Below, in pieces: positions 26,996 to 27,072 of a stretch of 27,072 bases of DNA (position 1 is its first letter; each line of letters begins with the position of its first letter). Under the pieces are notes generated by a model. It was not told the DNA's origin. It saw only the letters and a program-made list of their open reading frames with translations, and made no database searches. The position numbers were made by a program, and so were the translations under genes. Source of the DNA: Sandaracinaceae bacterium (GTDB lineage: Bacteria > Myxococcota_A > Polyangia > Polyangiales > Sandaracinaceae); NCBI GenBank assembly GCA_044220955.1, contig JBGAQA010000089.1, positions 1 through 27,072 on the forward strand. The letters run 5' to 3'.

Positions 26996-27072
26996 GGCGT
27001 AGTCCCGCGGTCTGCTGAAAGTTGAGGGTGGCGGCTCCACCCCGGCCCGGAAGAAAATCCGGGTGCTGTCCA

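Noticed and set aside
27046..27063. Hairpin CCCGGA-AGAAAA-TCCGGG near the right edge
   Set aside because: A 6-bp stem is unremarkable at this GC content, there is no U-tract, and the context is cut off by the window edge.

Overview
Very GC-rich, mostly core-like window that looks like a myxobacterium (Myxococcota, Polyangia/Sandaracinaceae-like). This assignment is inferred from the Ser/Thr kinase, FHA-ABC transporter, AgmX/PglI-like protein and many Cys-rich lipoproteins. Left to right it holds: the 5' part of a Ser/Thr kinase (minus strand, runs off the edge, absent from the ORF track); a small triple-CxxC ORF; REP-like hairpin repeats; a zinc-ribbon/3xFHA/ABC exporter with a coupled lipoprotein; a second ABC-2 exporter; DUF72; Cys-rich lipoproteins; pyroglutamyl peptidase; two acyl-CoA dehydrogenases; a GH5 endoglycoceramidase-like enzyme; bestrophin; a MepA-like peptidase; a putative envelope-glycan cluster (PRK07208-like flavoprotein, GH172/DUF2961, polyprenol-phosphate glycosyltransferase, SAM methyltransferase, YfhO/GT-C-like membrane protein); a beta-helix plus diheme cytochrome c pair; and tRNA-Asp followed by a decayed tyrosine-integrase island. 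Two non-coding structures stand out. (1) A bipartite 67-bp unit (14-bp box, exactly 31 bp of spacer with an IHF-like motif, 22-bp box) occurs once alone at 6379-6445 and as an inverted pair at 13118-13280, overlapping gene termini in both places. (2) An inverted 16-bp copy of the tRNA-Asp 3' end, embedded in a tRNA-like stem, lies about 850 bp downstream of the tRNA and brackets an integrase remnant with arm-type repeats at both ends. All family names come from motif recognition by eye, not from database searches.
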